This document shows positions 63,657-64,000 of a DNA stretch of 64,000 bases, piece after piece. The notes under the pieces are model-generated. The model made no database searches, was not told the DNA's origin, and saw only the letters and a list, made by a program, of their open reading frames with translations. Position numbers and translations under genes: made by a program. Within the stretch, counting starts at the first letter, position 1, and every line of letters starts with the position of its first letter. Source of the stretch: Takakia lepidozioides (lineage: Eukaryota; Plantae; Bryophyta); the NCBI GenBank assembly GCA_030704615.1, contig CM060733.1, positions 30,008,001 through 30,072,000 on the forward strand. Reading direction: 5' to 3'.

Positions 63657-64000
63657 CTGCATCACATCCATTTGATAGGGCTGTTGTGTTGAACTTGATA
63701 GGATTCCTTGTCTAAGATTCCATCTCTTCTGCGCTTCTGTTCTCTATACTGGCTCTCTCTGTCTCTCTGTCTCACTGTCTCACTCTTCCCTCATGTCATT
63801 CCCTGCTGTTGGCTTGCCATATCCTTACGACCATTGACCCCATGGGAAACTAACCCTCCTGGATCTCTGTTCCCTCTTGTTCCGCCCAAACTGGCACGGG
63901 GTCCATAGCCACAAGGCTACGGCAAACGTCTTTATGAGTACATTTTCTGTCTGTCTGTCTGTCTGTCTCACTTAAATGGATATGGCAAGGTTCGGGCTGA

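Overview
Eukaryotic nuclear DNA with GT-AG introns from a land plant that retains flagellated-sperm genes. A bryophyte is most likely; this is inferred, not proven. Genes in order: a PNS1/CTL choline-transporter-like gene with a long Pro/Tyr/His repeat N-terminus (5' end outside the window); a CYP71-clan P450; a disabled microbial-type terpene synthase-like (MTPSL) gene head-to-head with that P450; a vasohibin (tubulin detyrosinase) homologue; DNA ligase I; an intronless histone-H1/protamine-like gene; a rearranged endonuclease-bearing Helitron; an F-box gene; SEC14/CRAL-TRIO; inositol monophosphatase; a CCCH/G-patch (ZGPAT-like) gene; a nested MITE/LINE cluster; an NME5/RSP23-like NDP kinase with a Dpy-30 motif; a tRNA-derived SINE; an inverted vasohibin pseudogene; a U2 snRNA gene with USE/TATA; and the 3' part of a B3-domain gene. 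Most notable: (i) the MTPSL-P450 pair, which no single ORF in the track reveals and which appears only after repairing an 8-bp duplication and a deletion; (ii) a vasohibin whose conserved SRR motif reads SCC in both copies; (iii) an H1 winged-helix plus poly-Arg protamine precursor lying among other sperm/axoneme genes; (iv) a U2 gene with a deviant Sm site and unusual promoter spacing. Exon coordinates were read by eye, and family assignments rest on recognised motifs, not database searches.
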